NCBI GenBank assembly: GCA_008632985.1
Contig: QPGO01000033.1
Location: 434,001 to 498,000 of the forward strand
Origin: Psammoneis japonica
Taxonomy: Eukaryota
Reading direction: 5' to 3'
DNA length: 64,000 nucleotides
Program-made: the position numbers and the translations under genes
Part shown: in pieces, positions 13,466 to 26,039 of the stretch
Position numbering within the stretch: position 1 is the stretch's first letter
Layout of the letters: the number at the start of each line of letters is the position of its first letter
The notes under the pieces: generated by a model
The model's input: the letters and a program-made list of their open reading frames with translations, nothing else
What the model was told of the DNA's origin: nothing
Database searches by the model: none

Positions 13466-16400
13466 TTAGAGTTCGGGGTCTTCATCAACAGGTATTTTCT
13501 CTTCCTTCTTTTCGTCACCTTCTTCAGTCCTCTCTCCCTCCTCTTTCTTGTCTCCTTCCTCGGCAGTTGTTTCGTTTCCCTCCGTCTTGGTTTCATTTTC
13601 CTCCTTCTTCGGTTCCGGCTTGGGCTTTGGCTTCTTACTCAGTTTGCCAACAAGAGTCTCAATGGACTTGGTCTGCAGTGGAACCTCAGCACTAGTAAAT
13701 ACCGGATCAGCTGCAGCGTCAGCCTTAGACTGCTTCTCTTCCATGTCCGCGACCCACTTGTTTACCTCCTCCACCTTTTCCAATACACTCGCCCTCTCTT
13801 CTTCGGTTACCTGCGGCATGGTTGTTTCCCACTTCGTCATGAGTTCTCCGACCTTTTTCAGCTTGGCTTTCAGCGCTTCAATTGCAGCCGGTCGGGCCAC
13901 TAGTTCCGTCATTCGGAACCAAATCTTCTCTGACGGCGTAGATAGCTCTGCGTACTTGTCCTCCATGGTAGCCAAATCAGCATTGTAACCATCATCATAC
14001 AGCCACTCTTCAGCGTCGTTTGCCAATTTGAGAATTTCTTCCCTTTGCTCCTCCGTCGAAATCTTGGCAATCTCCTCCTCGTGATCTGACAATTTGTTTT
14101 TGATTGAATAGATGTAACTCTCCACCTTGTTACGGGCCTCCTCAAGCATCATGCGTTCCTTATCCTTCTTGGCTAGCTGCAACAGCTTTGCCTTGGATTC
14201 ACTCATGATTTCTTCCGAATACGGTTGGACGCGTCCAACATAGTATGTCACGACGTCAAGAGTGCGCTTGTGAACCTTTTTCATTTCCTTTTGACGGAGA
14301 AAGGTAGGTGACGGTTTTCGAACACCAAATATCTAACCAATGAGAATATGAAATAGTAGGTCAACGCATTGTACAATATACAAGGCAATAAAAGTGCTCA
14401 CCTTTTCGACCATTTTGGTCTTTTTCTTCTTGGGCTCGGCCTTGGTCTCATTCTCGGCAGGCTTGTCATCCTTCTCGGTTTCGTTGGCTGCAGCTTCGTC
14501 GGTGGCGGCATCATCTTTCTTCTCTTCCCCATCCTTCTTTTCTGCCTCGTCCTTCTTTTCCGCTTCATCCTGTTTCTCATCCTCCTTCTTTTCCTCGCTC
14601 GACGCTTCGGTAGTTGTGCTATTTTCGGCATTCTCGTCGTCGTCCTCGACCTCCACCTCTTCCGTCACCGTGACAGTCTCTTCCACAGCCGCCTCTGCCT
14701 TGATAAGACGAGTGATTCCGCTGATGCTGAGCTCGAACTGGAGAGACACCTTTGGCTTTCCGAGGCCCTTTTCTTCCATTTCCTTGGCAAATTTGGACAC
14801 ACCGGAAATGTTGTATCTCTCAATCGAAGTTCTGTACCAAAAGCGAGATGGCAAAACTTTGTTAGTACAACGGTGCACAGTACCAGCACGACATAGTAGC
14901 TACAATATACGTACTCGGTACCCTTTGGGAGGATCTCATCCTCTTCATAATCAATTGCACAGTGCACATCCTCGTCATGAGTAAAGGCGATTGTTTTCTT
15001 AACACCCACTTTGCCAAAGCTCTTGAAAATGACGGCATGTTTTCCCCATTCTTCTTCTTCATCATCGTCTTTCTCCTTCTTTTTCTTTTTTGAGTCTGAT
15101 TCTTCCAGATTGGAGAGTGAAATGGCAATGGGAAACGGATTGACATCGGCCATGCCGACATGGCGAACCTTGAATGCCGTACTAATGTTGGCTCCGTGGA
15201 AAGCAGCCCCCAGCGCCATGGATTCATCTGAATTAATATGCATACCGAGCTCCATATCGTGCATTGTCTTTTTGATTTCTTCCTGAATGCGTGGAACTCG
15301 CATGCCTCCACCAATCAATTCAATGGCATCCAATTCCTCGAGCGTCATGTTTGCCCTGTCGAGCGCATCGTGAATGGGGTGAACGGCCCGTTCCAACAAG
15401 TCGTGACACAACTCTTCCAATTTGGCTCTTGAAATGTGCATCGAGAGGGGTTGGTCCTTGTAGAGTGCATCAATGTAAATGGGAAAGTCCGTATTGGCAC
15501 TAAGCACATGCTTGACCTTGTTGGCTTGAAGTCTGAGTTTCGTCATGGCTCGTGCATTCTCTCGTGGATCAAGACCGGTTTGTTTTTGAAACTCGGATGC
15601 CATGAATTCCACAACCCGGTGATCAAACGACGTACCACCCAGTGTGGCATCCCACGCTTTGGAAAGAATCTCAAAGCCACCCACGGTCCGTTCCTTGGAA
15701 TACTTGGAGTCCTTGTGCTTATACGACAAGTATCTGACAATCGATACTTGCAAAGAACTGGCTCCCATGTTGTAAAAGAGTATAGTGACTGGCTTTTCTT
15801 CTACCTTGTCCATTCCAAAGTTGAGTGCAGCAGCCGTGTTTTCGTCAATAAGAGACAAAATGTTGAAATCCGCCAGAGCCGCCGCATCGAGCAACGCACG
15901 GCGTTCGTGCTGCGTCGCAAAGGACGGGACCGTCAAGACACAATCCTTGACATTGGCTTGTCCATATGCCGCGGTAATGTCCTTGGCGTGTGACAAGACC
16001 ATGGCTACCAACTCTTCTGGAGTAAAATCGCTGCCGTCAACAGTGAGAAAGGAGCCGTACCGAGTCTCATTGTACGAAGGAACAATAGGATAATGCCGTT
16101 CCGAGAGGACCTGAAAAAGATTTTAAAACGGCATAAAGTTAGTGTGAGCAAGTAAAAGTTGGAATATGGAAGCTTACAGCCACTGTATGCCATCAAGTCT
16201 CATAACATTCTGATATTCTCATGCTTCATATCTCATCTCATCTATTTGTTCTCAACACTGATCACGCACCTGAACCGTCGGGTGTTCATCATGACGTCCC
16301 AGCATGACCGACATGCCCGCCGGAGTCTTTTGTGGTTTTCTCGCCAGCAACGACGAAGCATCGGCTCCGTAGAATCTCGTTCCCGCATCGAAAAGCACCA

Positions 16401-16572
16401 TGTTTTCCGTCTTGCGCTTCGAGTGAAGATTCGTTACAATTTCAAGCGGAGCATTTCGCTGTACCAACGCCACCTTCATGTACAACGAGCCCAAGTCAAC
16501 TCCCAAAATAGCCTTGGCTGTGACAGCCAATGGCAATGCCGCTAACAAGAGACTGTTTAGCAGCAGCTTCAT
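13466..16572 (-). CDS. HYOU1: ER Hsp70-family chaperone / nucleotide exchange factor (HYOU1/GRP170/Lhs1), multi-exon
   Basis: Signal peptide, ILGVDLGS, LTVPSF, LIDENTAAAL, YNMGASS, ELIGGGMRVPRIQ, NSDESMALGA, acidic insertion, EARNKVESYIY, C-terminal DPEL retention-like motif; about four introns. Confidence 0.92.
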
Positions 16573-16699
16573 TTTCGTATTTCTAACAACAGAATGACTT
16601 TTTTAGAGCGCACAGCGTTGTTGCTGTTTTTGCCCCAACAAAAATGGGTGATGTGGAAGGAAGTTTCGGTCACGATGCCAATCGTGCTCTGCGGGTCGC

Positions 16700-16845
16700 G
16701 ACACGTGGAAATCAAATTATGTCCGTGTGTAGAAGCTACGAGGAAACTGGTACAAAACGTCAGCAGTGTCTTTTGGAGTAGTCGAAGGGGTCAAATATTT
16801 GAAAGAACAATCGCCGAAGCCAGATCAACTTGATGTGTGACGTGG
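16700..16845. promoter_or_regulatory. bZIP-type sites in the divergent HYOU1 / carotenoid oxygenase promoter
   Basis: GACACGTGG at 16700-16708 and TGACGTGG (UPRE-like) at 16838-16845; short motifs, function inferred only. Confidence 0.35.
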
Positions 16846-16991
16846 ACATTGGAGGGAAAAAAATGATGAGAAAAAATGAGAAACGAAAAACGACGGAATA
16901 GCATTAGCAGATGCAGCTTGCGAAGAACAAACGATCGATTACAAGCCCCTAACAGCACCAAAACCAATTCCATCAAAGCATCAGTCAGATC

Positions 16992-18649
16992 ATGATGAGA
17001 GCCGCTTGTAAAGTTTTGGTGTCATTTTTGTTCTTGTTCGCATCATGGTCAGATGCTTTCTCACATGTTGCATCTCCAACGACGAAACGAACCTTTCTCC
17101 ATAAATTGGATCGGTTCCTGACACGATTGCAGAATCCTCGAGAGCAACTCAAAGATCACACGTACTTGACGGGGAACTATGCTCCCGTGACGGAACAAAA
17201 CGTGAATGTTCCCGTTCAAGTCGTCGAGGGCAAGATACCGCGTGAATTGAATGGCATGGCGATTCGCAACGGTCCCAATCCCGATCCGCAATTGCTCGAG
17301 AAGCGATATCATTGGTTTGATGGACACGGTATGCTGCACTTGTTAAAATTGGAAGAGGGAGAAGCTGTGTATTCCAATCAATTTATTCCCAGCACACGGT
17401 ACACGGTGGAACAAGAACTAGGCGAGCAATTTTTTCCAACTCTTGGCGAGTACAATGGATTCGCCGGATTTGCAAAGATTTTGTTTCACGTACCCATGGT
17501 TCAACAAAAGTGGAGGATCTCAAGACGGTACTTCCACCCAACACATCGTGTCTCATGTATCAAGGCAAGTTCTATTGTTTAAATGAAGGCAACTTGCCTT
17601 TTGAGTGTCGCATTCAACCGGACGGGCGCTTGGAAGCGGTGGGCTACGAACGATTTGACGGCGTTTTGGATTATCCCGTGTCGGCTCATCCTCGTGTCGA
17701 TTCCAATGGCGATTTGCACTTTCATTCCTACACGAGCAGTCAAGAATTGATTCAAGAACACGGCAATCTCAAGGTGGGAACCTACTCGGCCAAGACCAAC
17801 AAGGTGGAATCCTACTTTTGTCCCACGTCGGAAACGTACATTTCCTTTGCGCACAATTTGCTCTTTACACAAAACTACAAGATTGTCTATGATTGCAGTG
17901 TTCATTTTGATGTCAAGGCCATGTTTGATGGTGGCTCGTACTTTCGAACAAATCCCGAATACAACTTGCGGTGGGGACTCATCCCAAAGTCGTCGTCCAG
18001 CAAGGATGACGTTATTTGGATTGATACGGGCAAACCAGGAGGGGTCGTTCATCCTCTAAACTCATGGGAAGAAGAGGACGGGACGATCGTCATTTGGACA
18101 CCTCTTTGTGACAATTTAGAACTCGATTTGGATACGGACGACATCAACACGTTCAACATGGTGGAATTCAGAATCAACCCAAAGACGCGAGAAATCAGCA
18201 AGGAGATAATTGACGATACAGTCAATATTGAATTCTCGGCCATTCAAACCATGGGACAACTTACAAGATTTGGCTACACTGCTATTCAAGACCCGTCCAC
18301 ACCTGGCGAGGGGTCCTTTACTGGATTTTGTGTCTGGGACATGATTGAGCGCAAGCTGTCAGCCAAGGTCTATTATGGAGAGCATGAAGTTGGCGGGGAA
18401 CCCATTCTTATTCCCAATGGAGACGACAAGGCTTTTGTAGGAGTTTACACATATCATTTGAAGGAGGAACAAACGTACTTTTTGATCTACGACGGGGAGA
18501 CGACTGAGCTTGTGGCTCGTCTCAAAATGCCGTATCGTGTTCCGTTTGGCTTTCACGGTATCTGGGTGTCGGGAGATGAAATGCAGACTCATTTTGACCA
18601 TCACAACGAACGGGTCTCCTCGTTAGAACCAGACTTGGTAGAGCAATAA
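16992..18649 (+). CDS. Carotenoid cleavage oxygenase (RPE65/CCD family), probably plastid-targeted, frameshift near 17508
   Basis: SDAFS cleavage-like motif, GNYAPV, RNGPNP, HWFDGHGMLH, SAHPR, FAHN, HPLNSWE, GGEP and VPFGFHG; one base missing in caacaaaagtggag would join the two ORFs. Confidence 0.9.
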
Positions 18650-18885
18650 CAATTTAATTAGACCTAGAGAGAAAAGAAGTTAAATATGTAATGATAACAA
18701 AGAACTCGATACTTTGATGAAACAGTAAATATACTACCTTATACCGGAGGCTTACCCCCTTCTAGTATATCACAACATGTACCCATAGCCTGAAATTGCT
18801 TCAAGACTTGCTATTTTTTGCCCCACAAACCCAAAACTTTCGTTTCTTCGTATCCCCCGATCGGCACCCCTCATTTTTCTTTCAG

Positions 18886-19191
18886 TTAGTTTGTCTTGTT
18901 ATTCCACGCTCGAGGTTGTTGCTGTCGACCCCTCTGTTTCAACCCCACATTCATACGCCACGTACATACCGAGCAAGTTCGTTGAAAGAGAAAGGGTTTC
19001 AACCATTGCTGCTCTGGGAATTCCTCACGAGCCTTTACTTCATGACACCAAGCACACTCTCGGGTACTGATGCTGACGTTGCAACGTGGTTTCTTACAGG
19101 GACGTGCCTCCGTGTGTGGCAAGCTATTGGTTTTGCTCGCTGTAGCATCACCCATGACAACCACGGGAATCGTAGTTGATTCAACTTGCAT
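18886..19191 (-). CDS. Cys4 zinc-finger microprotein (Stc1-domain-like), paralog 1
   Basis: MQVE start, KKPR, CAWCHEVKAREEFPEQQWLKPFLFQRTCSVCTW; motif conserved in two neighbouring ORFs. Confidence 0.7.
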   Translation of the reverse strand: MQVESTTIPVVVMGDATASKTNSLPHTEARPCKKPRCNVSISTRECAWCHEVKAREEFPEQQWLKPFLFQRTCSVCTWRMNVGLKQRGRQQQPRAWNNKTN

Positions 19192-19942
19192 CACTAAAGG
19201 CCCTCGCTCTCTTTGCTTCCTTTTGACCTTGTAAAGCTTCGCGAGTCACAACGACGAAAGTACACAGATTTTGTGCGATGGAAAAATATGGCGCGTGATG
19301 ATGCGCTTCCGCGCACTTTTTGATGTCACCTCCTGCCGCTCTACAGTGACTTCAACTTCGAACCTCGAACTTCACGTGAGGAAGGAGGATAAGGTATAAT
19401 ACCGGTAGCAGGGGCTACTGGCAGGAAGGATTCAAACATCTTTGCCTGTACTCTCTAGCGCTACTATATAGGTCATAATATGCGCTTTGGCGGAGCTGAG
19501 CGCATCCAAGAGAGAGTAAACTTGAAGCACCTTCCGCACGGATGAATCTTAACGAATCTGCGCTTTCTGGAAAGCTTAGCTGTGTCGAGAGACTCAAATC
19601 TGTTTGCTGTTTTATCTTTCTAGAAAAAAGTCTGGTTATGTACTCGTTAGCTGTTGACTATATCCATATAGTTGTTTCGCACCCGATTCCCATCTCTCTG
19701 GCATAGAGAACTCCCGTTGTAATAGATCATTACTAGGTATATTGTTTCCCATCTCCCCTCCTTGCTTTGTTCACATACTTTACAATAGAAAGATTGCTCA
19801 CTCGTGTAGACGTGCAGTATGAACCAGTATCCCTGTTACAATCTTTTTCTCCCCACTCTCTTGCCCTCCCCATAGCGACTTAGCACACCTGCGTGCAGAC
19901 TTGCGGCAGACAAGAAGCCGTCCATCTGCACCACGGCAAGAT

Positions 19943-20176
19943 CTAACCGACCCATGTACATGAGACGCAAGTGCGTCCACAAAGATATGGTTTCGACCAC
20001 TGTTGTTCTGAGAACTCGTCTCGAGACTTGACTTCTTGACACCATGCACAACGCATCGTGTATTGAACTGGCTCCATGCGTTGCTTCTTGATCGGTCGCC
20101 TATGCTCCTCCATGGCACCATTCATGACGACGTTGGTCATGGTAAAGACGGGAAGTACCTGCGTTTCGACCTGCAT
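19943..20176 (-). CDS. Cys4 zinc-finger microprotein (Stc1-domain-like), paralog 2
   Basis: MQVE start, KKQR, CAWCQEVKSRDEFSEQQWSKPYLCGRTCVSCTW. Confidence 0.7.
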   Translation of the reverse strand: MQVETQVLPVFTMTNVVMNGAMEEHRRPIKKQRMEPVQYTMRCAWCQEVKSRDEFSEQQWSKPYLCGRTCVSCTWVG

Positions 20177-20725
20177 TATCGACTATCCTTCGCTGCAATC
20201 TCGTTGACACTGATGAGTGATGCGTTGTGTGTCTTGTGCAAGTTGTGTGCTTGTGCGAAAGATACTTTTGACGGAAAAAATGGCGCGCGGCGCCATTTCC
20301 ATAATATTTGATTTTACCCCTCGAAACGGAGTATTACCTTGCCTCGATCGGCCGAAATGGCAAATCGAATCAGAATCGAATCCTTTTTGAACAAAAGAGA
20401 ATCACGCGTGTCATCCCGTCTGCTTGTCCCCCGTTTTGAATCACGTTTTGTTCGAAAGAAGTCGAAAAATGACTCTTATTGACAGATATTTAGTCGTGTT
20501 TTCACTATCTGTCAAAAAGAGCAATTTTGTTCGTGTTTTGGCAGCCAAGGAATTCGAATGAACAAAATCATCTCAAATTTTAATCGTGAAACGATGCATT
20601 TTCTAATTTTTCTCCATTTCGATCAAAAAGCGATTTGTTTCTACTTCTCACAATTCTCATTTTGACCAAAAAGTTACTTTCGAGAACAATTCAAACGAAA
20701 ACGAAAACATCTATCAGAACACACA

Positions 20726-22007
20726 ATGACGAACAATTCGAAAAAGACAACGTTGGCTTTGCCGCTCCTCACACCTGTGAAGGTTTCTGACGTTGATGGC
20801 TCCAGCTATCTCATCCGTCCCTGCAACAAGAACAATGTGATCTTCTTGGGAGTCAATGGAGACCGTAACCTCAGATGCGGTCCCGGACGTCGCATCCAGG
20901 TGAGCTTGTTTTTTGCTATGTCGATTTCATGTGAGATCCACTTACTAATGTTGCTCATAATGTTGTGTGACTTCTTTTGTTTATACACAGAAAAATGGAC
21001 GTCGTGGACCATGGGCCAAGTGGAAGATCCGAGGCGACAAGGAGAATGGCTTCACTCTCCAAAACATTGGACATCGTCGCAAGGGCAATCAGGTCTACTT
21101 GGGTGTCCAGGAAGGAACGCTCGTCGCTCTGGATCACCCCGAAACGCTCAAAATTGAGCCGACTGGATGCACCATGGAAGAGCAGTCCCAGGAAGAACAA
21201 GAAGATCTCGAGGTCCCCATGGAGATCGAGTCTACTTATGAATTGACCTACGCTTCACGCAAGGCTTTTATCGAAACCGGTATGTTGCACCTTCCAGCCT
21301 TGGTGGATAAGGAGCTGGTCGCAAACGCACTTCGTAGCATCAATGGAACTCTTGGAAAGGTGTGGGAGGGTAAAGATGCCACTCCTCGTGATCCAATGGC
21401 AGGAAAGCGCGAACCCGCGATTCGTGACTTGCTCTACAAGTCGCCTCTCTTTGGAGCTGTCGAGCAGCTATTGGGAAAAGACGAGGCCCGGCGTCCCAAA
21501 GGAGGCCAACTGGCTGTGCGATTTCCCGACAACAAAAGACGTGATCCTGGGGATGACAAGTGGCATATTGACGGCATGTACAAGCCCAAGATGTCTCCCT
21601 TTCAGCTCTTGGTCGGAGTCGCCCTTTCCTCTCAGCCCACGGAGAACTGTGGAAACCTTGCCGTCGCTCCAGGCGTTCACAATACAGTTTTCGACTCAGT
21701 GAAACGTGCTGTGCAGGTAGCCGAGAACTCTAGTAGTCAAGGCGACTCGAAAGAAGAAGAAGAAGAAGACCCTTGGTATGGCCACCGCCCAGTCCTTGGA
21801 CCCGGAGCCTTCACGCAACTAAAGTTGGAGCCGGGAGACGCCGTGATCCTTCATCAGAAGATCCCGCACCGCGTGTCGCGCAACCAGTCCCCCAACGTCA
21901 GGTACATGGTATACTTTCGTATCTCCCACGTCAATCACAAGCCGAATGGACCTATTGGTGGCTTGTGGACGAACTTTGAAGGCCTTCAAGACTTGGTGTC
22001 TGAGTAA
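20726..22007 (+). CDS. Phytanoyl-CoA dioxygenase-like 2OG-Fe(II) oxygenase with an extra N-terminal domain
   Basis: Exons 20726-20899 and 20991-22007 (GTGAG..CAG, phase 0); WHIDG, GNLAVAPGVH, EPGDAVILHQKIPH, RYMVYFR. Confidence 0.85.
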
Positions 22008-22586
22008 ATCCAGAAATGGAAGGCGGACGACGTGAGAAGGGAGACTGCATACACTCAAGTACATGTATTGAATGATACCTTATTAGATCCAAAAGTCGGT
22101 GGCGGGGCGCAGTGATTGAGGATTTCGACGTTGCTGTCGGCCGACTTTTTATGACATAAAACTCTTAGCCTATATCGAGATCGCCCTTCATAGATAGCAG
22201 GTTCCTGTATTTTAGAAATCGTTCATGTAACGTCAAGGCAAGGCTTGGTCTAGGGTGGCTGAAATCATTGTATGTACTGCATCGTTGCTGCGTGAATGAC
22301 GCCGTCGTCTCAACGTTACTCTCACTATCATTCATGATTCCCTAAAGACAATCTTGTTGACTACTTCTCAAAAAATAATGAGCTGCATCACGCTGCTTGC
22401 CTGGGAGGGGGTTCCTTTGTCGAATACACAATTATACCCTCCACTGGCTTTGCTCCGGTATCTCTGTGTCGAACTGTAGTAGTTACTGCCTGCAGAACCC
22501 TATTGGAGAAAAGTAACCACTTCAGTGTTTCTCTTGGTATTTGCGTGGCCCATCCAAGTTCAAAAGTACCGTGTCGTCTCGTCGCT

Positions 22587-22796
22587 TCAGTCGACATTCA
22601 TGAGCCATGTGCACGGGATACACGTCCGTGCAAAGAGGAAAGGTTTCGACCATTGGTGTTCCGAGAATTTGTCTCGGGGCTTGATCTCGTGGCACCAAGC
22701 GCACTCCATTTCCTTTAGGACTTGCTCCTTTCGCTGCTTCTTGACTGGCGCCTTTTGCTCCTCCAAGCTACCGTTTTTTGCGTTTGTATCAGCCAT
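22587..22796 (-). CDS. Cys4 zinc-finger microprotein (Stc1-domain-like), paralog 3
   Basis: KKQR, CAWCHEIKPRDKFSEHQWSKPFLFARTCIPCTW. Confidence 0.7.
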   Translation of the reverse strand: MADTNAKNGSLEEQKAPVKKQRKEQVLKEMECAWCHEIKPRDKFSEHQWSKPFLFARTCIPCTWLMNVD

Positions 22797-23823
22797 GGGA
22801 TGGTGTACGGTACGTGGTACTTTGTCGGATCAGGTTTTCGTAGAAAACGGCTGCATGTATCCGGATCGCTCAGTTCAAGTTTTTTCGATAATTGAGGAAA
22901 CGATAAGAGACCTCTATACCGGTAGTATCTTTGGCAAACTATGGCCCCGTATAATCACCACGTACAAAGAGAGATTCAGGATGCACAATCCTTTTGGGTC
23001 CTTCGAAAGCAAGATGTTTCCAACTTGTCGATTAAAGCCAGAGAGGAAGCTACAGTATACTTGATGAAGCTGTTGATCCCAAATGCAAACAGTAAAGGTT
23101 TTGATTAGGCGGTGTGGTGAGGAAGTGAATTACAGTAACGACGGCGACATCAACGCTGAACACTGAACACGAACCCCTCATTTTTTCGTCAAAGTCAAAA
23201 ATCAAAAAATCAAAAACTCAACGCACGCGCGTCCGTCAGTCGTCAGACGTACCCAAAACGAATTCCTTTATTCAAATAATGGGAACTCTTATTTGAAATT
23301 CAAATTGCTATAATCGTTTCCCTGGGTTTGTATTTAAAATTCGGCTGAATCTCACATCTCAGGGTACGGTAGAGTAGAGCTACTCTAGGCCCTAGAGTTT
23401 CTGCGGATGCAAGGTTGTTTCCGCGCTTCCAATTCGGTTGCTCCTAATGCTGAGGCACTGTACTTGAAGTGCTGTAATCGGGTAGTTCAGTCCTTTTAGA
23501 CCTGTGCACTAAACCTAGACGGCTTGCGCTTGCGCGTCGTCATCAACATGTGGCAGTGGCTGTCAGGAATTGATGTACTTCTGTATGACCTAATACGATG
23601 AAACCAGTATTCAAGCGATTGCGTGTTAGTTTCTTTCCGTAATGTATTAATGTGTTTATGTACAGCGGAGTGCTTGTTGACCTCGTCGCTCTGTGCAGTG
23701 GGTTCTAGTGAGCTCAGTTTGCTCGCATCTTTGTCATAATCATGCGTTGATTTCGCCCTCTATAAATGCGCTTTCGTTCCTTTCTTTTGACTGATAAAGT
23801 TCTGTTTCACATGACCCTTTCGT

Positions 23824-24714
23824 CTACCCACCGCTTGCACACAAGTGCGGTACCTCTCGCAATAGTCCGTAAAGTGTCTGTGCGTCGTTGTTTGCCCTCT
23901 CCAACAAGGTTGGTGCCAAGGACACTGGCGTATCTGGATTAACCAAGAGACCTCTTCCCGCGCGGTTTTGACTGGTATAGAGTCGAACCTGAGCTTCGTA
24001 CTTGTTGTTGTTTCGCGCCGTCAAGACGACTCGGTGCAAAGTTGTGTTCTTACGTTTCAAGCATTCTGCCATGGCCTTGACGCCTTGTTCTCGCACCAAT
24101 GTATGAGATAGATCTAAATGAATGAGCGTCGTATTGTCACATTTCAATACCGACGCCAGTTGTTCGACACCGACATTGGAAATCAAAGTTCGTTGCAGTA
24201 TTAATCGTTGCAAAGTCCCATTCTGTTGCAGAGCCATGCTGAAGACCAGAGCACCGTAGTCCCCGATTCCACTGCCACTCATATTGAGTTCGACTAGGGA
24301 CTTGTTGACTGCCAATGCTGTTGCTAAACAATGAATTCCCGTAGTCGTCATGATGCATCCCGACCCCAAGTGCAACTCCTTGAGGTTGCAAGACTCGTTC
24401 GAAAGCAGCTCTGCCAAGGCTTGGGCATCGTCATTATCAACTCCACAAAATGAAAATGCCACCTTTTCCAACGAATCAAAGTGAATGAGTGATCGAACTC
24501 CACCTTCAATGAAACAATATCGAAGATCAAGCGATTTGACGACTGTTTGATGTCGCAAAGCATTGGAAAGCTCCTTCAACTGTTCGCCTCCGAGTTTGGC
24601 GCCGTGCAGTTTGATTTCCGTCAATCTATTTGCAGATTCAACATTGTCGTTTCGTAACTCATCAATAATGTTATCAATGTTCGTGTTATCGTTCATGGTG
24701 AAGAAGGACGCCAT
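23824..24714 (-). CDS. RNI-like leucine-rich repeat protein
   Basis: ~28-aa repeats NxSLxELxMxxxGIGDxGAxxxxxAL; C-terminal NRAGR..L....LYGLLRE cap. Confidence 0.85.
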   Translation of the reverse strand: MASFFTMNDNTNIDNIIDELRNDNVESANRLTEIKLHGAKLGGEQLKELSNALRHQTVVKSLDLRYCFIEGGVRSLIHFDSLEKVAFSFCGVDNDDAQALAELLSNESCNLKELHLGSGCIMTTTGIHCLATALAVNKSLVELNMSGSGIGDYGALVFSMALQQNGTLQRLILQRTLISNVGVEQLASVLKCDNTTLIHLDLSHTLVREQGVKAMAECLKRKNTTLHRVVLTARNNNKYEAQVRLYTSQNRAGRGLLVNPDTPVSLAPTLLERANNDAQTLYGLLREVPHLCASGG

Positions 24715-25125
24715 GTTGAACGTTTACAAGTGTTCTCGTTGTACAGTATCAAGCTGGTCGACAACAAGGATCAAAATGTGATGGCCGAATGCTGATGTGG
24801 CATCAAAAAGGTGCGCGTAGGTGGCATGTTAAACAATGATGACGTCATTAGATAGCCGGTGTCAGAATCCTCGGCGCTGACGGACGACAACGGCTGCTAC
24901 TTTTGTCTGGCTGTTGATTCGAAATTGTATGTGTCGTTCTCATCTCTGCTAAACCTACCGTTTCGATGGCAGTCTTCTGCGCGCATCCTCCGGCTTCGAC
25001 AACAGACAAACCGGAAACCGGATCTCATTGCGATGATTGAAATACAATAGACAATAGGGCCGCCGCTGCTTTTGCCTTACCCTCATTACAACGCACTCAT
25101 AAATCATTAGCAACAACCTTACAAG

Positions 25126-25926
25126 ATGGGTGACTCGGCTTATTCGTTTTCACTTACAACATTTTCTCGCACGGGAAAGTTGTTACAGATTGAATACGCT
25201 CTCAACGCAGTTGCCAATGGCCGCACGTCGCTGGGGATTTGCGCCAAGGACGGAGTGGTGATTGCCACGGACAAGAAACTCGCGTCTCCTCTCGTCGACG
25301 TGGATGAGGTACACAAGGTGGAACTGGTGACTCCGTCTACCGGCTTTGTGTACAGCGGCGTTGGGCCGGATTACCGCGTGTTGGTACGAAAGGCACGCAA
25401 ATCGTCTCAGGCGTACAAGAGGCAGTACGGAGAAGTGCAGCCCGTGTCGCAGCTCGTCAAGCAAACGGCAGGAGTCATGCAGGAATACACGCAGTCGGGA
25501 GGAGTCAGGCCTTTTGGAATTAGTTTGCTCGTGGCGGGAGCAGATGGAGATGGGACTCCGCGGTTGTATCAAGTGGATCCTTCGGGGGCCTACTTCGGAT
25601 GGAAGGCTACCGCGATTGGAAAGGTATGTTGTATGGGATTTACTATTGACTTTATGAATCTTAGGTTGTGTTTACTAACTTTCACTATCCTCTTTTACTC
25701 TCCGCTACGTTTTCAGAACTACGTCAATGCGAAGAATTTCTTGGAGAAGCGATACCAAGATGATATGGAGCTGGAGGATGCCATTCACACGGCGCTCTTA
25801 ACCTTGAGAGAAGGATTCGAGGGAGAAATGAATGCCAACAATATCGAAGTTGGTGTTGTGAGGAATGGAAAGTTTGCAGTCTTGACCCCGCCACAGATTC
25901 AGGACTACTTGGATGAAGCCAATTAG
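25126..25926 (+). CDS. PSMA2: 20S proteasome subunit alpha type 2
   Basis: [44 protein letters not shown]; 93-nt in-frame intron 25624-25716 (GTATGT..CAG). Confidence 0.97.
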   Translation: MGDSAYSFSLTTFSRTGKLLQIEYALNAVANGRTSLGICAKDGVVIATDKKLASPLVDVDEVHKVELVTPSTGFVYSGVGPDYRVLVRKARKSSQAYKRQYGEVQPVSQLVKQTAGVMQEYTQSGGVRPFGISLLVAGADGDGTPRLYQVDPSGAYFGWKATAIGKVCCMGFTIDFMNLRLCLLTFTILFYSPLRFQNYVNAKNFLEKRYQDDMELEDAIHTALLTLREGFEGEMNANNIEVGVVRNGKFAVLTPPQIQDYLDEAN

Positions 25927-26039
25927 TAGAGTAGGATCTTCTCTTCTCTAGTTCTAAACTTGATTGTTTTGCGGTGTGATAAGATCTTCCAGAAAATTCT
26001 AGTGTCGCATATTCTAGAGTAGAGAGTTCTAACCTACTT

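Noticed and set aside
13548..14984. Ser/Phe-rich plus-strand ORFs
   Set aside because: Antisense shadows of the Glu/Lys-rich HYOU1 exons.
19395..19445. tRNA-like gene suggested by GGATTCAAAC (B-box-like)
   Set aside because: No cloverleaf, A-box or acceptor stem could be built.
23400..23750. Possible decayed LRR paralog or ncRNA downstream of the LRR gene
   Set aside because: Only faint similarity (VDDDAQAQA, SNRIG) with stops; too weak to support.
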